A stretch of DNA of 64,000 nt from an uncultured Elusimicrobia bacterium (lineage in GTDB: Bacteria > Elusimicrobiota > Endomicrobiia > Endomicrobiales > CAIRNS01), in NCBI GenBank assembly GCA_903880015.1, contig CAIRNS010000028.1, forward strand, positions 66,462 to 130,461, written 5' to 3'. Made by a program: the position numbers and the translations under genes. Shown here in pieces: positions 9,971 through 20,200 of this stretch (positions within the stretch are counted from its first letter, which is position 1; each line of letters starts with the position of its first letter). The notes beneath the pieces were generated by a model that did no database searches, was not told the DNA's origin, and was given only the letters and a program-made list of their open reading frames with translations.

Positions 9971-10648
9971 TTATTGGTTAAGAGTCAGTAGTTCCAGGTC
10001 TTGTTTTTGGAGGTATTTAACCACCAGTGCAGTGACGATTGCCTCTATCCAGCCGAAAACAAGGAGATGTTCCCCCGACATAGTTGTTATGGCTACTTTC
10101 AACCCATACGGGCAATACAGAGGTTGTCCTGCGGCGGTATGATACAGCAGCGGCTGTAATCCGAACTCAATGCCGGCGCATAAAGCCGCGGCGTTGATGC
10201 CGATATACGCCGCAACGCCGGCTGCGAACACGGTTCGAGTAGAATTGGCCGCTGCCCGGATGCGTAAGAACCGGTACGCGTAGTACCCGGCAAACACCGA
10301 TACGAACGCCATATTGAAGCAGTTTGCCCCGATGGCGGTTATCCCGCCATCGCCGAACAAAAGCGCCTGAACGACCAGTGCTACCGTTATGGCGATCGTC
10401 GCCGCCCAAGGTCCCAGCAGTATAGCGACCAAAACGCCGCCTACCGCGTGACCTGTCGACCCGCCGGGAATGGGCACATTGAACATCATAATCACAAAAC
10501 TAAACGCTGCCCCGATCGCCAGCAGGGGCACTTGCTTGGCTTTCAAGGTTTTCTTAACCATTTTGGAACAGACCATCCAAACCGGCACCATCGCCGCATA
10601 GAAAAATCCGCTGGTCGCCGGCCCTAAATAACCGTCAGGAATATGCAT
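9971..10648 (-). CDS. cbiM: Ni/Co ECF transporter substrate-capture component CbiM/NikM
   Basis: The N-terminal MHIPDGYL is the hallmark metal-binding terminus of CbiM/NikM. Seven TM segments. Confidence 0.9.
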   Translation of the reverse strand: MHIPDGYLGPATSGFFYAAMVPVWMVCSKMVKKTLKAKQVPLLAIGAAFSFVIMMFNVPIPGGSTGHAVGGVLVAILLGPWAATIAITVALVVQALLFGDGGITAIGANCFNMAFVSVFAGYYAYRFLRIRAAANSTRTVFAAGVAAYIGINAAALCAGIEFGLQPLLYHTAAGQPLYCPYGLKVAITTMSGEHLLVFGWIEAIVTALVVKYLQKQDLELLTLNQ

Positions 10649-10726
10649 AGGAATCTCTCTGAAGAAAACTAAATTGCCGCTTCTTTGTATGGCTGACCAT
10701 GCACTCTATATCTGTGACCGAAAAAA

Positions 10727-11836
10727 TTATATTATTTTTACTGCCAGTAGCGCCCACGAATGTCCCTGCTGAGCTTGTTGTTCAACGCTGAATCCTGCGC
10801 GCTGAAGCTCAGCGGTTGCCTGAGGAAGAGAAAGGGCATATTTTACAATTCTGCCGTCAGTAAAATAGTTTCCCGTAAAAGGCATGTAATACCCCGCTGA
10901 TCTTCCCGACAAAAATGCGAAAAGTTTGCCAATCTTTGCCGTAAGCGGTTCTGCAGTTGTTGCCGCGTGGCCACTGCATGAAACCAGCAATTTGCCTCCC
11001 GCATCGAGATGGGTGGCGAGATTATTATAGATTTTTTTTCGGGGTTTTCCCGCCGGCACCGCCGTGATGATATCCGCAGCGATAATAGTGTTGAAATGCG
11101 CAACTCCTGTGTCATGCAACAATGGCAGCAGTGTTACGGATATGCCTTTGCGTGAAAGACGCATGCCCTCTTCTGAAAACCCGCCCCCCAGATGTGCGTC
11201 TGCAGTTGTGTACAGTGGCGGGGTTTTCCCCATAGGCAATACTTGTTGCGCTGCTGAGGCCCTATCACGCCACCCGTCGATTTCATCGATGATGCTGGTG
11301 TTGAGAAAATAATTATCTGCGGTACTCTTTCGCCACTGCACGGTCAATAATGCATACGCGGTACTGATAATAGTGAGCACTGTTTTTGTCAGGGCAAACA
11401 GGTGTGCATGCAAGCACCCCAGAAGCGCAGCGCATCCACTGAGGCGTTTCCCGATAGCGGTATCAATGGTTATTCCAACCGGGAGGCATCTTTTCTTGAC
11501 GCAGATTACTTTGCCAATAACTGTTTCAAAAAAAATCGGTTTACCATCAGTATATATGTTGTTGTCGCCCCGGGTGACATAGGAACACGAATCACCCTGG
11601 TTAATAATGTTTAGCACCCTATGTGTCATACAATCTTCCGATGGCGCGGGTGTCCACACAATGATATCGCCGGTGGTTATTTCATTCTGAAGTGTCTTGC
11701 GAACAAAGATGGTGTCACCAAGGGAGAATAAAGGCCGCATGCTGCCCGAAACAACCTGAAATTCAGTAATTTCACCTGGTTGTAATGATTGAAGTTTAAG
11801 TTTTCGGGCGATGTCAAAAAATATTTTTTGTTTCAT
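10727..11836 (-). CDS. ER/SipW-type signal peptidase I (S26B-like) fused to TM segments and a class I SAM-methyltransferase-like domain
   Basis: SGSMRP (Ser), MTHRV (His) and TRGDNN boxes in the first ~110 aa, then a hydrophobic stretch. These are followed by DAHLGGGF (motif I-like) and HLDAGGKLLVS (post-motif). Confidence 0.5.
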   Translation of the reverse strand: MKQKIFFDIARKLKLQSLQPGEITEFQVVSGSMRPLFSLGDTIFVRKTLQNEITTGDIIVWTPAPSEDCMTHRVLNIINQGDSCSYVTRGDNNIYTDGKPIFFETVIGKVICVKKRCLPVGITIDTAIGKRLSGCAALLGCLHAHLFALTKTVLTIISTAYALLTVQWRKSTADNYFLNTSIIDEIDGWRDRASAAQQVLPMGKTPPLYTTADAHLGGGFSEEGMRLSRKGISVTLLPLLHDTGVAHFNTIIAADIITAVPAGKPRKKIYNNLATHLDAGGKLLVSCSGHAATTAEPLTAKIGKLFAFLSGRSAGYYMPFTGNYFTDGRIVKYALSLPQATAELQRAGFSVEQQAQQGHSWALLAVKII

Positions 11837-11928
11837 ATTCCCGCATGTCGGTATCGTGGTTTTTTGCTTCTATGGTTGTGTGGTATTATATCATTTTACT
11901 GACAGAAAAAATACTGAAAGCGCTCTGC

Positions 11929-11957
11929 TTGACAAAATTTATTGTATGTGCTATATT
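11929..11957 (+). promoter_or_regulatory. Sigma70-like promoter upstream of the porin-amt-glnK operon
   Basis: TTGACA (11929-11934), 17-nt spacer, TATATT (11952-11957). About 185 nt of leader precedes the first ATG. Confidence 0.4.
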
Positions 11958-12143
11958 ACTTCCAAGGCCAGTGATGTCCTCAAATCAATGTTGATGATTT
12001 GGGGATTTTTTTATTTACAGGGGATGGTTTCTGGTAGTTCAGGGCAGGTGTAAAGACAAAGGCGTCTTTTTAAAAGTCGACGACGACTAATCGTCTCAGA
12101 AAAGATGGAATGTCATTACCGATGCAGCATGAAAGGAAATAGT

Positions 12144-12881
12144 ATGAAAAAATCATTAGTTGTCCCGCTCTTTGCACTGGGTATTATTATGGCTTCGTTG
12201 AGCTCCATGTACGCTTCACCTTCGACACAGGTCTGGAATCCTTCCACGGATATTCAGGCGAAGGGGTCGTTTCATCTCAACTACGACAACTATGTCAATG
12301 ACAGGGTTAATCTGGCGTATTATGGCATCGAATACGGCGCCATAAAGAATCTGGAGGTCGGGTTTGACATTAATATCAATCAGATATCCAACAGCCCGGC
12401 GGCAAATGCGTATCCGTTGTATGGTAATGTGAAATACGGGTTGCCTGAAGGGAAGCTGATGCCGGCGATTGCCGGCGGTGTCATGAGTGTCGGAACGAAA
12501 ATGACGGAGAACGACGCTGCCGGCATTCAGGTCAACGGCACGGATCTGAACATTTTCTACGCGCTTGTTGCAAAGACATTTGATCGCGTGGGAAGATTCT
12601 CGGCTGGGGGATACAGCGGTAACGATAAATTGCTCATTGACGAGACCGGTGCGAAAGCCAACAGCGGAGCAATCGTGAGCTGGGACAAGGCGCTGACCGA
12701 TAAAATATGGGCTTCAGTCGATTATTCATCGGGCAGTTCCAGTTATGGTTTCCTGGCAGTGGGCGCTTCGTACGCTTTCGCCGCCAATACCAGCGTCATA
12801 TGCGGGTACCTTGTTCCCAATAACTATAAAGTGAACACGTCAGGCAATCAGTTCACCACGCAGCTGGATATCAATTTCTAA
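12144..12881 (+). CDS. Putative outer-membrane beta-barrel / porin-like protein
   Basis: Signal peptide MKKSLVVPLFALGIIMASLSSMYA, an alternating beta-strand pattern and a C-terminal ...QLDINF aromatic terminus. It lies directly upstream of amt. Confidence 0.4.
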   Translation: MKKSLVVPLFALGIIMASLSSMYASPSTQVWNPSTDIQAKGSFHLNYDNYVNDRVNLAYYGIEYGAIKNLEVGFDININQISNSPAANAYPLYGNVKYGLPEGKLMPAIAGGVMSVGTKMTENDAAGIQVNGTDLNIFYALVAKTFDRVGRFSAGGYSGNDKLLIDETGAKANSGAIVSWDKALTDKIWASVDYSSGSSSYGFLAVGASYAFAANTSVICGYLVPNNYKVNTSGNQFTTQLDINF

Positions 12882-12900
12882 GGAAGAGAGGTATACACCA

Positions 12901-14283
12901 ATGAAAAAAATATGGTTATTGTTGAGTTTGTTGGGATTTTTTACACTCGCGCCTCTGGCGATGCTTATTGCGGACGAAACGCCAGTGCCGCAGGGGATTG
13001 TGCCTGCTGCCGTGACGGCAGTTGTTCAAGTCCCGGTTGTGCCCGCGGCGCCGAAGATTGATTCCGGCGATACGGCGTGGATACTGACATCGTCAGCGCT
13101 TGTTATGCTGATGACCCTGCCGGGATTGGCGCTCTTTTACGGCGGGCTGGTCAGAAGGAAAAATGTACTCAGTATCCTGATGCAATGCAGCGTGGCGATC
13201 GGCGTCATCAGCGTGCAATGGGTCTTGTTCGGGTATAGTTTGGCTTTTCACCCGGGGACAGGATTTTGGGGAGGGTTTCAATGGATGGGTCTGCACGGCG
13301 TTGGACTGGAACCGTACGCGGACTATTCGGCGACTATCCCTCATCAGTTGTTCATGATATTTCAGGCCATGTTTGCCGTTATTACCCCGGCGCTGATAAT
13401 CGGGGCGTTTGCCGAGCGCATGAAGTTTTCCGCGTTCGTCCTTTTCATCCTCCTGTGGGCGACATTCGTTTATGACCCGATTGCACACTGGGTGTGGGGC
13501 ATGGGCGGCTGGTTACGGGGTATGGGTACGCTGGATTTCGCCGGCGGAACAGTCGTTCATATCAATGCCGGGATTGCGGCGATCGTAACGGCTCTTTTCA
13601 TCGGCAGACGCAAGGGATACGGACAAACCGTTCCCCCGCATAATCTGCCGTTTACCGTTATTGGGGCGGGCTTGCTGTGGTTCGGATGGTTCGGGTTTAA
13701 CTCCGGTTCGGCGCTTGCGGCTAACGGCTTGGCGGTCAGTGCTTTTGTCGTTACAAACACTGCGGCGGCTGCGGCAGGCGTGGTGTGGGCGTTTATCGAA
13801 TGGTTTCATAACGGCAAACCGACAACCCTGGGATTTGCGACCGGCGCGGTAGCGGGGCTTGTGGCCATAACTCCGGCGTCAGGATTTGTTGATGTCATGG
13901 GCGCTCTTGCCATCGGCGCCGGCGTCAGCGTATTCTGCTTTATCATGGTTGCCATGGTGAAGCCGAAGTTCGGATATGACGATTCCTTGGACGCGTTTGG
14001 CGTGCACGGCATCGGCGGTATCTGGGGAGCGCTTGCCACGGGATTGTTCGCGACGAAAGCGGTTAATGCTGCCGGCGCAGACGGTCTGTTTTACGGCAAC
14101 CCCATGCAGTTCATCATTCAGCTTAAAGCGGTCGCCGTGACAGTCGTTTACAGTGCCGTTGCAACGCTGATCATTTACAAGCTGGTTGATGTGCTGGTTG
14201 GCGTTCGCATCGAAGAAAAAGATGAACTTAAGGGATTAGATCTGACGGAACATCGCGAAGCCGGTTACACCGTGCTTGAATAA
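12901..14283 (+). CDS. amtB: Ammonium transporter (Amt family) with a cleavable N-terminal signal/extension
   Basis: Amt signatures DSGDTAW, GLALFYGG, DFAGGTVVHINAG, WFGFN and DDSLDAFGVHGIGG. Confidence 0.95.
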   Translation: MKKIWLLLSLLGFFTLAPLAMLIADETPVPQGIVPAAVTAVVQVPVVPAAPKIDSGDTAWILTSSALVMLMTLPGLALFYGGLVRRKNVLSILMQCSVAIGVISVQWVLFGYSLAFHPGTGFWGGFQWMGLHGVGLEPYADYSATIPHQLFMIFQAMFAVITPALIIGAFAERMKFSAFVLFILLWATFVYDPIAHWVWGMGGWLRGMGTLDFAGGTVVHINAGIAAIVTALFIGRRKGYGQTVPPHNLPFTVIGAGLLWFGWFGFNSGSALAANGLAVSAFVVTNTAAAAAGVVWAFIEWFHNGKPTTLGFATGAVAGLVAITPASGFVDVMGALAIGAGVSVFCFIMVAMVKPKFGYDDSLDAFGVHGIGGIWGALATGLFATKAVNAAGADGLFYGNPMQFIIQLKAVAVTVVYSAVATLIIYKLVDVLVGVRIEEKDELKGLDLTEHREAGYTVLE

Positions 14284-14316
14284 GCGAGAATCTATTATAT
14301 TCCCGGGGAGGGAACA

Positions 14317-14658
14317 ATGAAACTGGTTATTGCCATCATACAGCCGCATAAGTTAGAAGATGTTAAAGCGGAATTATATAAAGCCGATATCAATTTGATA
14401 ACGGTCAGCGAGGTGCTCGGACACGGCCGTCAGATGGGCGTGACGGAAGTGTATCGCGGCGTCAAAGAGACGGGGAACCTGCTCCGCAAGGTCCGCCTTG
14501 AGATTGGGGTAAACGATACCTTTCTTCAGCCGACCATCGACGCCATCATCAAGGGCGCGCGTTCCAGCGAGGTGGGCGACGGGAAGATATTCGTTCTCGA
14601 CATGAAGGAGTGTATCCGTATCAGCTCCGGCGAAAAAGGCCCGGTTGCCATCGGATAG
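14317..14658 (+). CDS. glnK: P-II nitrogen regulatory protein (GlnK-like)
   Basis: 112-aa P-II fold ([30 protein letters not shown]) located downstream of amt. Confidence 0.9.
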   Translation: MKLVIAIIQPHKLEDVKAELYKADINLITVSEVLGHGRQMGVTEVYRGVKETGNLLRKVRLEIGVNDTFLQPTIDAIIKGARSSEVGDGKIFVLDMKECIRISSGEKGPVAIG

Positions 14659-14680
14659 AGAACACGATATAGATACTCAC

Positions 14681-14721
14681 AAGCTGCCTGGTGTGTTAAT
14701 CACATCAGGCAGCTTTTTTAT
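14681..14721 (+). terminator. Intrinsic terminator after glnK copy 1
   Basis: AAGCTGCCTGGTGTG / CACATCAGGCAGCTT stem with a 5-nt loop, followed by TTTTTAT. Confidence 0.7.
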
Positions 14722-14771
14722 TGGACAAATATGATTGTAAATTACTTTTAATGATTCTAACAACAATAGCA

Positions 14772-14853
14772 GTTGTAGCCGCAGAGCTTGCTCTGCCGCC
14801 GTTGTTGTTAGGGCGGACTTTCACGACAGCGAAGCAAGCTTCGCAGCTACAGG
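14772..14853. repeat. Palindromic intergenic element, family 2, copy A
   Basis: It shares the 5' end GTTGTAGC(C/T)GCAGAGCTTGCTCTGCCG and the 3' end GCGAAGCAAGCTTCGCAGCT with 42648-42733. The ends are imperfect inverted repeats of each other. Confidence 0.6.
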
Positions 14854-14885
14854 ACAAAACTACTGATGATTCTTTTTGTAAGAAA

Positions 14886-14915
14886 TTGACACTTAAAACT
14901 TGAAAATGGTATTAT
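14886..14915 (+). promoter_or_regulatory. Sigma70-like promoter with extended -10, upstream of the second amt-glnK pair
   Basis: TTGACA (14886-14891), 18-nt spacer ending in TGG, TATTAT (14910-14915). Confidence 0.5.
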
Positions 14916-15009
14916 GCTTCACCTGGCAATAAGAACTGACTATATATAACACGATGCAGTGTTGGGAACAAAGCCGTTCCATAACTAATCAAAATCATGG
15001 GGGATTGGT

Positions 15010-16239
15010 ATGATTAATTCTGGAGATACGGCTTTTATTATTATAGCGACGGGCCTCGTCATGCTTATGACGCCGGGGCTCGCTTTTTTTTATGGCGGGA
15101 TGGTGCGCCGCAAGAATGTACTGGGCGTTCTGATGCAGTGTTTTGCGATGCTCTGTGTCATCAGTATCCAGTGGATATTGTTTGGCTATAGTTTGTCGTT
15201 TGCCCCCGGTAACGGATTTATTGGCGGGTTGCAATGGGCGGGGCTTGCGGGGGTCGGTTCGCAGCCGTATCCGGCATATGCGGCCACCGTTCCCCACCAA
15301 GCGTTCATGATTTTTCAGGCGATGTTCGCGGTTATCACCCCGGCACTGATTATTGGCGCATTTGCCGAGCGTATGAAGTTTTCCGCTTTCCTGCTTTTTA
15401 GCATTTTATGGGCGACGCTGGTGTACGATCCCGTTGCGCACTGGGTGTGGGGTGTTGGCGGATGGCTCAAAGCTCTGGGTGTAATCGATTTCGCCGGAGG
15501 TATTGTTGTGCATACTACGGCTGGGATTGCGGCTCTGGTAACCGCACTTGTTATCGGGCATCGCAAGGGATACGCCAACAAACCGGTGCCGCCGCACAAT
15601 CTGCCGTTTACGGCACTCGGCGCGGCGCTCTTATGGTTCGGCTGGTTTGGATTTAATGCCGGCTCGGCTCTTTCCGCCAATGGAATTGCCGTCAATGCGT
15701 TTGTGGTTACCAATACCGCCGCGGCAGCAGCAGGCCTCATGTGGGCGCTTATGGAATGGTGGTATACCGGCAAGCCGACCACCTTTGGTATTGTTACCGG
15801 TTCGATAGCGGGACTGGCGACGGTTACGCCGGCGTCCGGATTTGTCTCCCCGCTGTCGGCGATAATCATTGGCGCATGTGCCAGCGCGGTTTGTTTCATC
15901 TCTGTCGGCATTATTAAGCCGAAGCTTGGCTATGACGATTCTCTCGATGCGTTCGGCGTGCACGGGGTCGGCGGTATTTCAGGGACAATCATGGCGGGTA
16001 TTTTTGCGTCAAGCGCCGTCAATGCAGGTGGGCCGAATGGTTTATTGTTCGGTAATCCTCATCAACTGTTCATTCAGTGCATTGCAGTTCTGGTAGTTTC
16101 TTTGTACACTTTTGCCGTGACCTACGGTATTTACACATTCGTCGATATGATTATCGGCGTGCGCGTTACGGAGAAGGACGAAGCAATGGGACTGGACCTT
16201 ACGCAGCATAGAGAAGGGGCTTATACTGTTCTTGAATAG
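15010..16239 (+). CDS. amt: Ammonium transporter (Amt family), second copy without signal extension
   Basis: Same Amt signatures as the first copy (NSGDTAF, DFAGGIVVHTTAG, WFGFN, DAFGVHGVGG). Confidence 0.95.
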   Translation: MINSGDTAFIIIATGLVMLMTPGLAFFYGGMVRRKNVLGVLMQCFAMLCVISIQWILFGYSLSFAPGNGFIGGLQWAGLAGVGSQPYPAYAATVPHQAFMIFQAMFAVITPALIIGAFAERMKFSAFLLFSILWATLVYDPVAHWVWGVGGWLKALGVIDFAGGIVVHTTAGIAALVTALVIGHRKGYANKPVPPHNLPFTALGAALLWFGWFGFNAGSALSANGIAVNAFVVTNTAAAAAGLMWALMEWWYTGKPTTFGIVTGSIAGLATVTPASGFVSPLSAIIIGACASAVCFISVGIIKPKLGYDDSLDAFGVHGVGGISGTIMAGIFASSAVNAGGPNGLLFGNPHQLFIQCIAVLVVSLYTFAVTYGIYTFVDMIIGVRVTEKDEAMGLDLTQHREGAYTVLE

Positions 16240-16253
16240 TACGGGAGAATACC

Positions 16254-16595
16254 ATGAAAATGATTGTTGCGATTATTCAGCCGTACAAGTTGGAAGAAGT
16301 AAAAAAAGCGTTGTATGCAGTCGAAGTTAATTTGATTACCGTCAGTGAAGTTCTGGGGCACGGTCGGCAGTGCGGGGTGACGGAAGTGTACCGCGGCGTC
16401 AAAGAGACCGGCAATCTGTTGCGCAAGATCCAGCTTGAGATTGCGGTCAACGATGAGTTTCTCGAACGGACCATCACCGCAATCATTGGTGCCGCCCGGA
16501 CGGGCGAGGTGGGTGACGGGAAGATTTTTGTGACGAACATCGAAGAGTGTGTCCGGATACGCACCGGCGAGCGCGGGTCAGTCGCTATCGGCTGA
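16254..16595 (+). CDS. glnK: P-II nitrogen regulatory protein (GlnK-like), second copy
   Basis: Paralog of 14317-14658 with a near-identical T-loop ([16 protein letters not shown]). Confidence 0.9.
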   Translation: MKMIVAIIQPYKLEEVKKALYAVEVNLITVSEVLGHGRQCGVTEVYRGVKETGNLLRKIQLEIAVNDEFLERTITAIIGAARTGEVGDGKIFVTNIEECVRIRTGERGSVAIG

Positions 16596-16620
16596 TTTTT
16601 ATCGCATACATAGTACACAA

Positions 16621-16654
16621 AGAACTGCCAGGATATTTATATCCTGGCAGTTCT
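16621..16654. terminator. Perfect hairpin between convergent genes (possible bidirectional terminator)
   Basis: AGAACTGCCAGGATAT-TT-ATATCCTGGCAGTTCT followed by TTGCTTT. Confidence 0.6.
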
Positions 16655-16685
16655 TTGCTTTATATGGATTTTCGATTGATGTGTT

Positions 16686-17243
16686 TTATGCCGGTTCTTG
16701 AAAGGCGTATACGGTGAAGATGCACAATTCAATGTCTGGTTTGTTCCATGCGTCTGGTTCAAGACCTGCTTTTTGCCGGCAGAGTTCGTCCATGAAGTCT
16801 TTTTTCGATGAGAAATGCTCCCACACTTGCGGGAGGAACAATCCGCTGTGCATGCCCTTGCGGACGGCGACGCCGTGTGTATTCTGCAGTATCTCGGCGG
16901 GATTAAAAATTCGCTTCATCGGTGATAATACCGATATCTCGATGCGGATTTCCTTCAGCTCTGCAGCAGTTACCGGCGGGAAGCGGTAATCTTCGACGGC
17001 GGCAGCGACAGCCATCCGGCTGACGGCGGTCTGCAGTGGCGCTTCAGGTTCGGTTGTTCCGATACAGCCGCGGAGGTCACCGTTTTTTGTGAGGGTGACA
17101 AACACCGCAGCTGATTCTTTGAGCTGATTATCGGTAGAAGCGAACGCGGGAAGTTTCCCGGTTAAGAGAAAGTGTTCGATGGACGCGCGAGCGGTATGGA
17201 ACAATACGGACTGATTTTCCGGCGCTATGGAAAAATTTTTCAT
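16686..17243 (-). CDS. AMMECR1 domain protein
   Basis: GDLRGCIGT and a PQVW-type motif (LFLPQVWEH) are typical of AMMECR1. Confidence 0.8.
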   Translation of the reverse strand: MKNFSIAPENQSVLFHTARASIEHFLLTGKLPAFASTDNQLKESAAVFVTLTKNGDLRGCIGTTEPEAPLQTAVSRMAVAAAVEDYRFPPVTAAELKEIRIEISVLSPMKRIFNPAEILQNTHGVAVRKGMHSGLFLPQVWEHFSSKKDFMDELCRQKAGLEPDAWNKPDIELCIFTVYAFQEPA

Positions 17244-17286
17244 GTCAATCTCCTTGTCGTTCTCAGCAATACTGCGGACTGTGTCA

Positions 17287-20200
17287 TCACTTTGATGACA
17301 GTTCCCATGACTCTTCGCCGAGCAATATTTCTATATCCCGGGTAAATGGCGGGGTGAATGCAACGGTCATGGCGGTTTCTATGGAATACTCGCCGTATCC
17401 GGGGACGGCAACATCGATGATAACCGGCGATTTTCCGGGATGTGTTTCCACGATTGATTTAATTTTTTCAAGCAGTTCATCTTCAAGTCCGGGGGTTGAT
17501 ATCTTAAGGCGGATAGTGCCGATGACCGGCGTCAGGCGCTGTTTTGCCTCATCAAGCGACATAATCTCCTCTGCCAGCATTTCCGTCGATCCGTCGCGAC
17601 CTGACAGCTTGCCTTTGACAACGACGACGGTGTTGGGGACAATATAGCGGGCAAGTCCGTTAGCGTAACTCTTGGGGAAAACGACTACTTCAACTTCTCC
17701 GTGAAGGTCTTCCAGTTTAAACCGCGCATAGGGTTCTTTTTTTTCCTTAGTCACCAGTTTTTTCGCGCTGGCAATCATGCCGGCAAGGCGTACCATCGGT
17801 GACGAGCGGGGGTCGGCCGCTCCGGGTGGTAGCTTGTCGAGGCGGTATTGAGAATATGCCAGTAAATCGTGTTGATGGGGAGAAAGCGGATGTCCGGAAA
17901 GATAGAAACCCAGCACCTCTTTTTCTTGCGTGAGGGCGTCGTGTTCCGTCAACGGCGCCGCGGCGGGGGTGGCAGTGGGCGCTACGGTAACAATCGCGGC
18001 TTCATCGAACAAAAGGCCTTGGCCGATGGCAGTATCTTTCTGTTGTGACGCTGCCCGGCCGATGGATGAGTCCAACTGTGCTGTCAGCGTTGCGCGAATT
18101 GCCGTATAGGGTTTACCAAAAGAGTCGCAGGCGCCGGCTTTGATCAATGATTCAAGTGCCTTGCGGTTAGTTGCCTTTGAATCTATCCTGCCGATAAAAT
18201 CTTCCCAATTCTTAAACGATCCCTTTAGTTTCCGGGCCTGCACGATCGATTCAGCCGCGCCGGCGCCGACATTTTTTATCGCGACCAGCCCGAACCGGAT
18301 GGCGGCGCCTTCCCGGGAAAATTGTTCAAACGAAGTTTGTATGTCAGGCGGCAGAATAGGGATGCCCATACTTTCTGCGTCGTGAATGTATCCGACAATC
18401 TTGCTTTCTTCATCTTCTTTAACGACGGCGGAATGGCCGATTTCCGCGTTGAGCAGCGCGGTCATATATTCCTGCGGGTAATTGGCTTTCAGGAACGCTG
18501 TCCGGTAGGAAAGCATGCCGTAGGCGGCTGCATGGGATTTATTGAATCCGTATCCGCCGAATTGAACAATCTGGTCGAACACCTTTTCAGCGAGCTTCTT
18601 TTCAATCTTATTCTTGCCGGCGCCCGTGATAAAATTGTCGCGCTGTTTTTCGATTTCTTCCGGTATTTTTTTGCTCATTGCCTTACGCAGTCCGTCGGCC
18701 TGACCGGCGCTGAATCCAGCCATGTCCGTGGCGATGCGCATCACTTGTTCCTGATACAAAATGACGCCATAGGTGTCTTTGATGATCGGTTCAAGCACCG
18801 CATGGTCGTAGGTAACTTGTTTTTTTCCGTGTTTTCGTCCGACAAAAAGGTCGATCATCCCGGCGCCCATCGGTCCCGGTCGGTACAGAGAGATAAGGGC
18901 GATGATATCCTCAATTGTGGTGGGTATAAGCTTGCGCAGGAGGTCGCGCATGCCTTTTGATTCGAGCTGGAACACGCCCAGCGTTTTTGCATTATGGAAC
19001 AGTTTGTAGGTCGCCTCGTCGTTTAACGGCGCTTTTTCGAGGTCAAAAGCGGGGGTTTTTTCGCGTATCAGCCGTACCGCGTCGTCAATGACGGTCAGCG
19101 TGCGCAGCCCGAGAAAGTCGACTTTCAGCAACCCCAGTTTCGGCAAAATATTGCCGTCGTACTGAGTTGTTATGACATCCTTGGCGCCTTTGGCGAGCGG
19201 CGAATATTTGGTGATGCGCTCGTTGGCTATCACCATGCCGGCTGCATGGACGCCGGTATGGCGTTTGAGTCCTTCGAGTTTCTGGCTTGTCACCAGCAGT
19301 TGTCTGACCCGTTCATCGGATTGCGAAAGGGTTCTCAGTTCGGGTGTTGTTTGCAGAGCGGCGTACACATTGGCTCCGGGCGGGATAAGGTTGGCGATGC
19401 GGGTGGTTTCCTGCGGCGTAAATCCCATCACTCGGCCGACATCGCGTATAACCAGCCGCGCCTGCATCGATCCAAAGGTAATGATCTGTGCGCAATTTTC
19501 CGCGCCATACTTGTTGATGACATATTCAATAACGCGATCCCGTCCCGTATCGGCGAAATCAATGTCCAGGTCGGGCATTGACCGACGGTCGGGATTGAGG
19601 AACCGTTCAAAGAGGAGTCCGTAGTGCAGCGGGCAAATGTCCGTAATGCCCAGCGCGTATGCGACGATCGAGCCGGCACCCGACCCGCGTCCGGGCCCGA
19701 CAGGGATGCCCTGCGATTTAGCGTAATGGATGAAATCCCAGACAATAAGAAAGTACGCCGCGAAGCCCATGCGGTTGATGATGCTCAGCTCGTGCGCCAG
19801 CCGTTGTTCATGTTCTTTGTTCACGCTGGGGTAGCGTTTTTGCAGCCCTTCGCGGCACAGTTTTTCGAGGAATTTTTCGGCGGTGGTGCCTTTGGGTACC
19901 GGATAGTTGGGCAGTAACAGTTGGTCGAAGCTGATTTCAAGATTTGATTTTTCCGCGATGACCAGCGTATTTTTGATTGCCTCGGGGATGTAGGAGAATA
20001 TTTTTTTCATTTCATCCGGTGAGCGGTAGTAAAACTGATCGGATGAAAATTTCATGCGGCCCGGATCGCTGACATTTTTGCCGGTGCCGATACATAACAG
20101 AATATCCTGGTCATACGCGTCGGCTTGGCGCAGGTAATGGCAATCGTTGGTCGCGACCAGCGGTATACCTGTTTTTTCGGAGAGCTCCATCAGGTGCGGA

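Noticed and set aside
14721-14903. A 60-aa plus-strand ORF between glnK and the second amt.
   Set aside because: It spans the palindromic repeat element and the candidate promoter and has no RBS. Its conserved-looking parts are explained by the DNA repeat.
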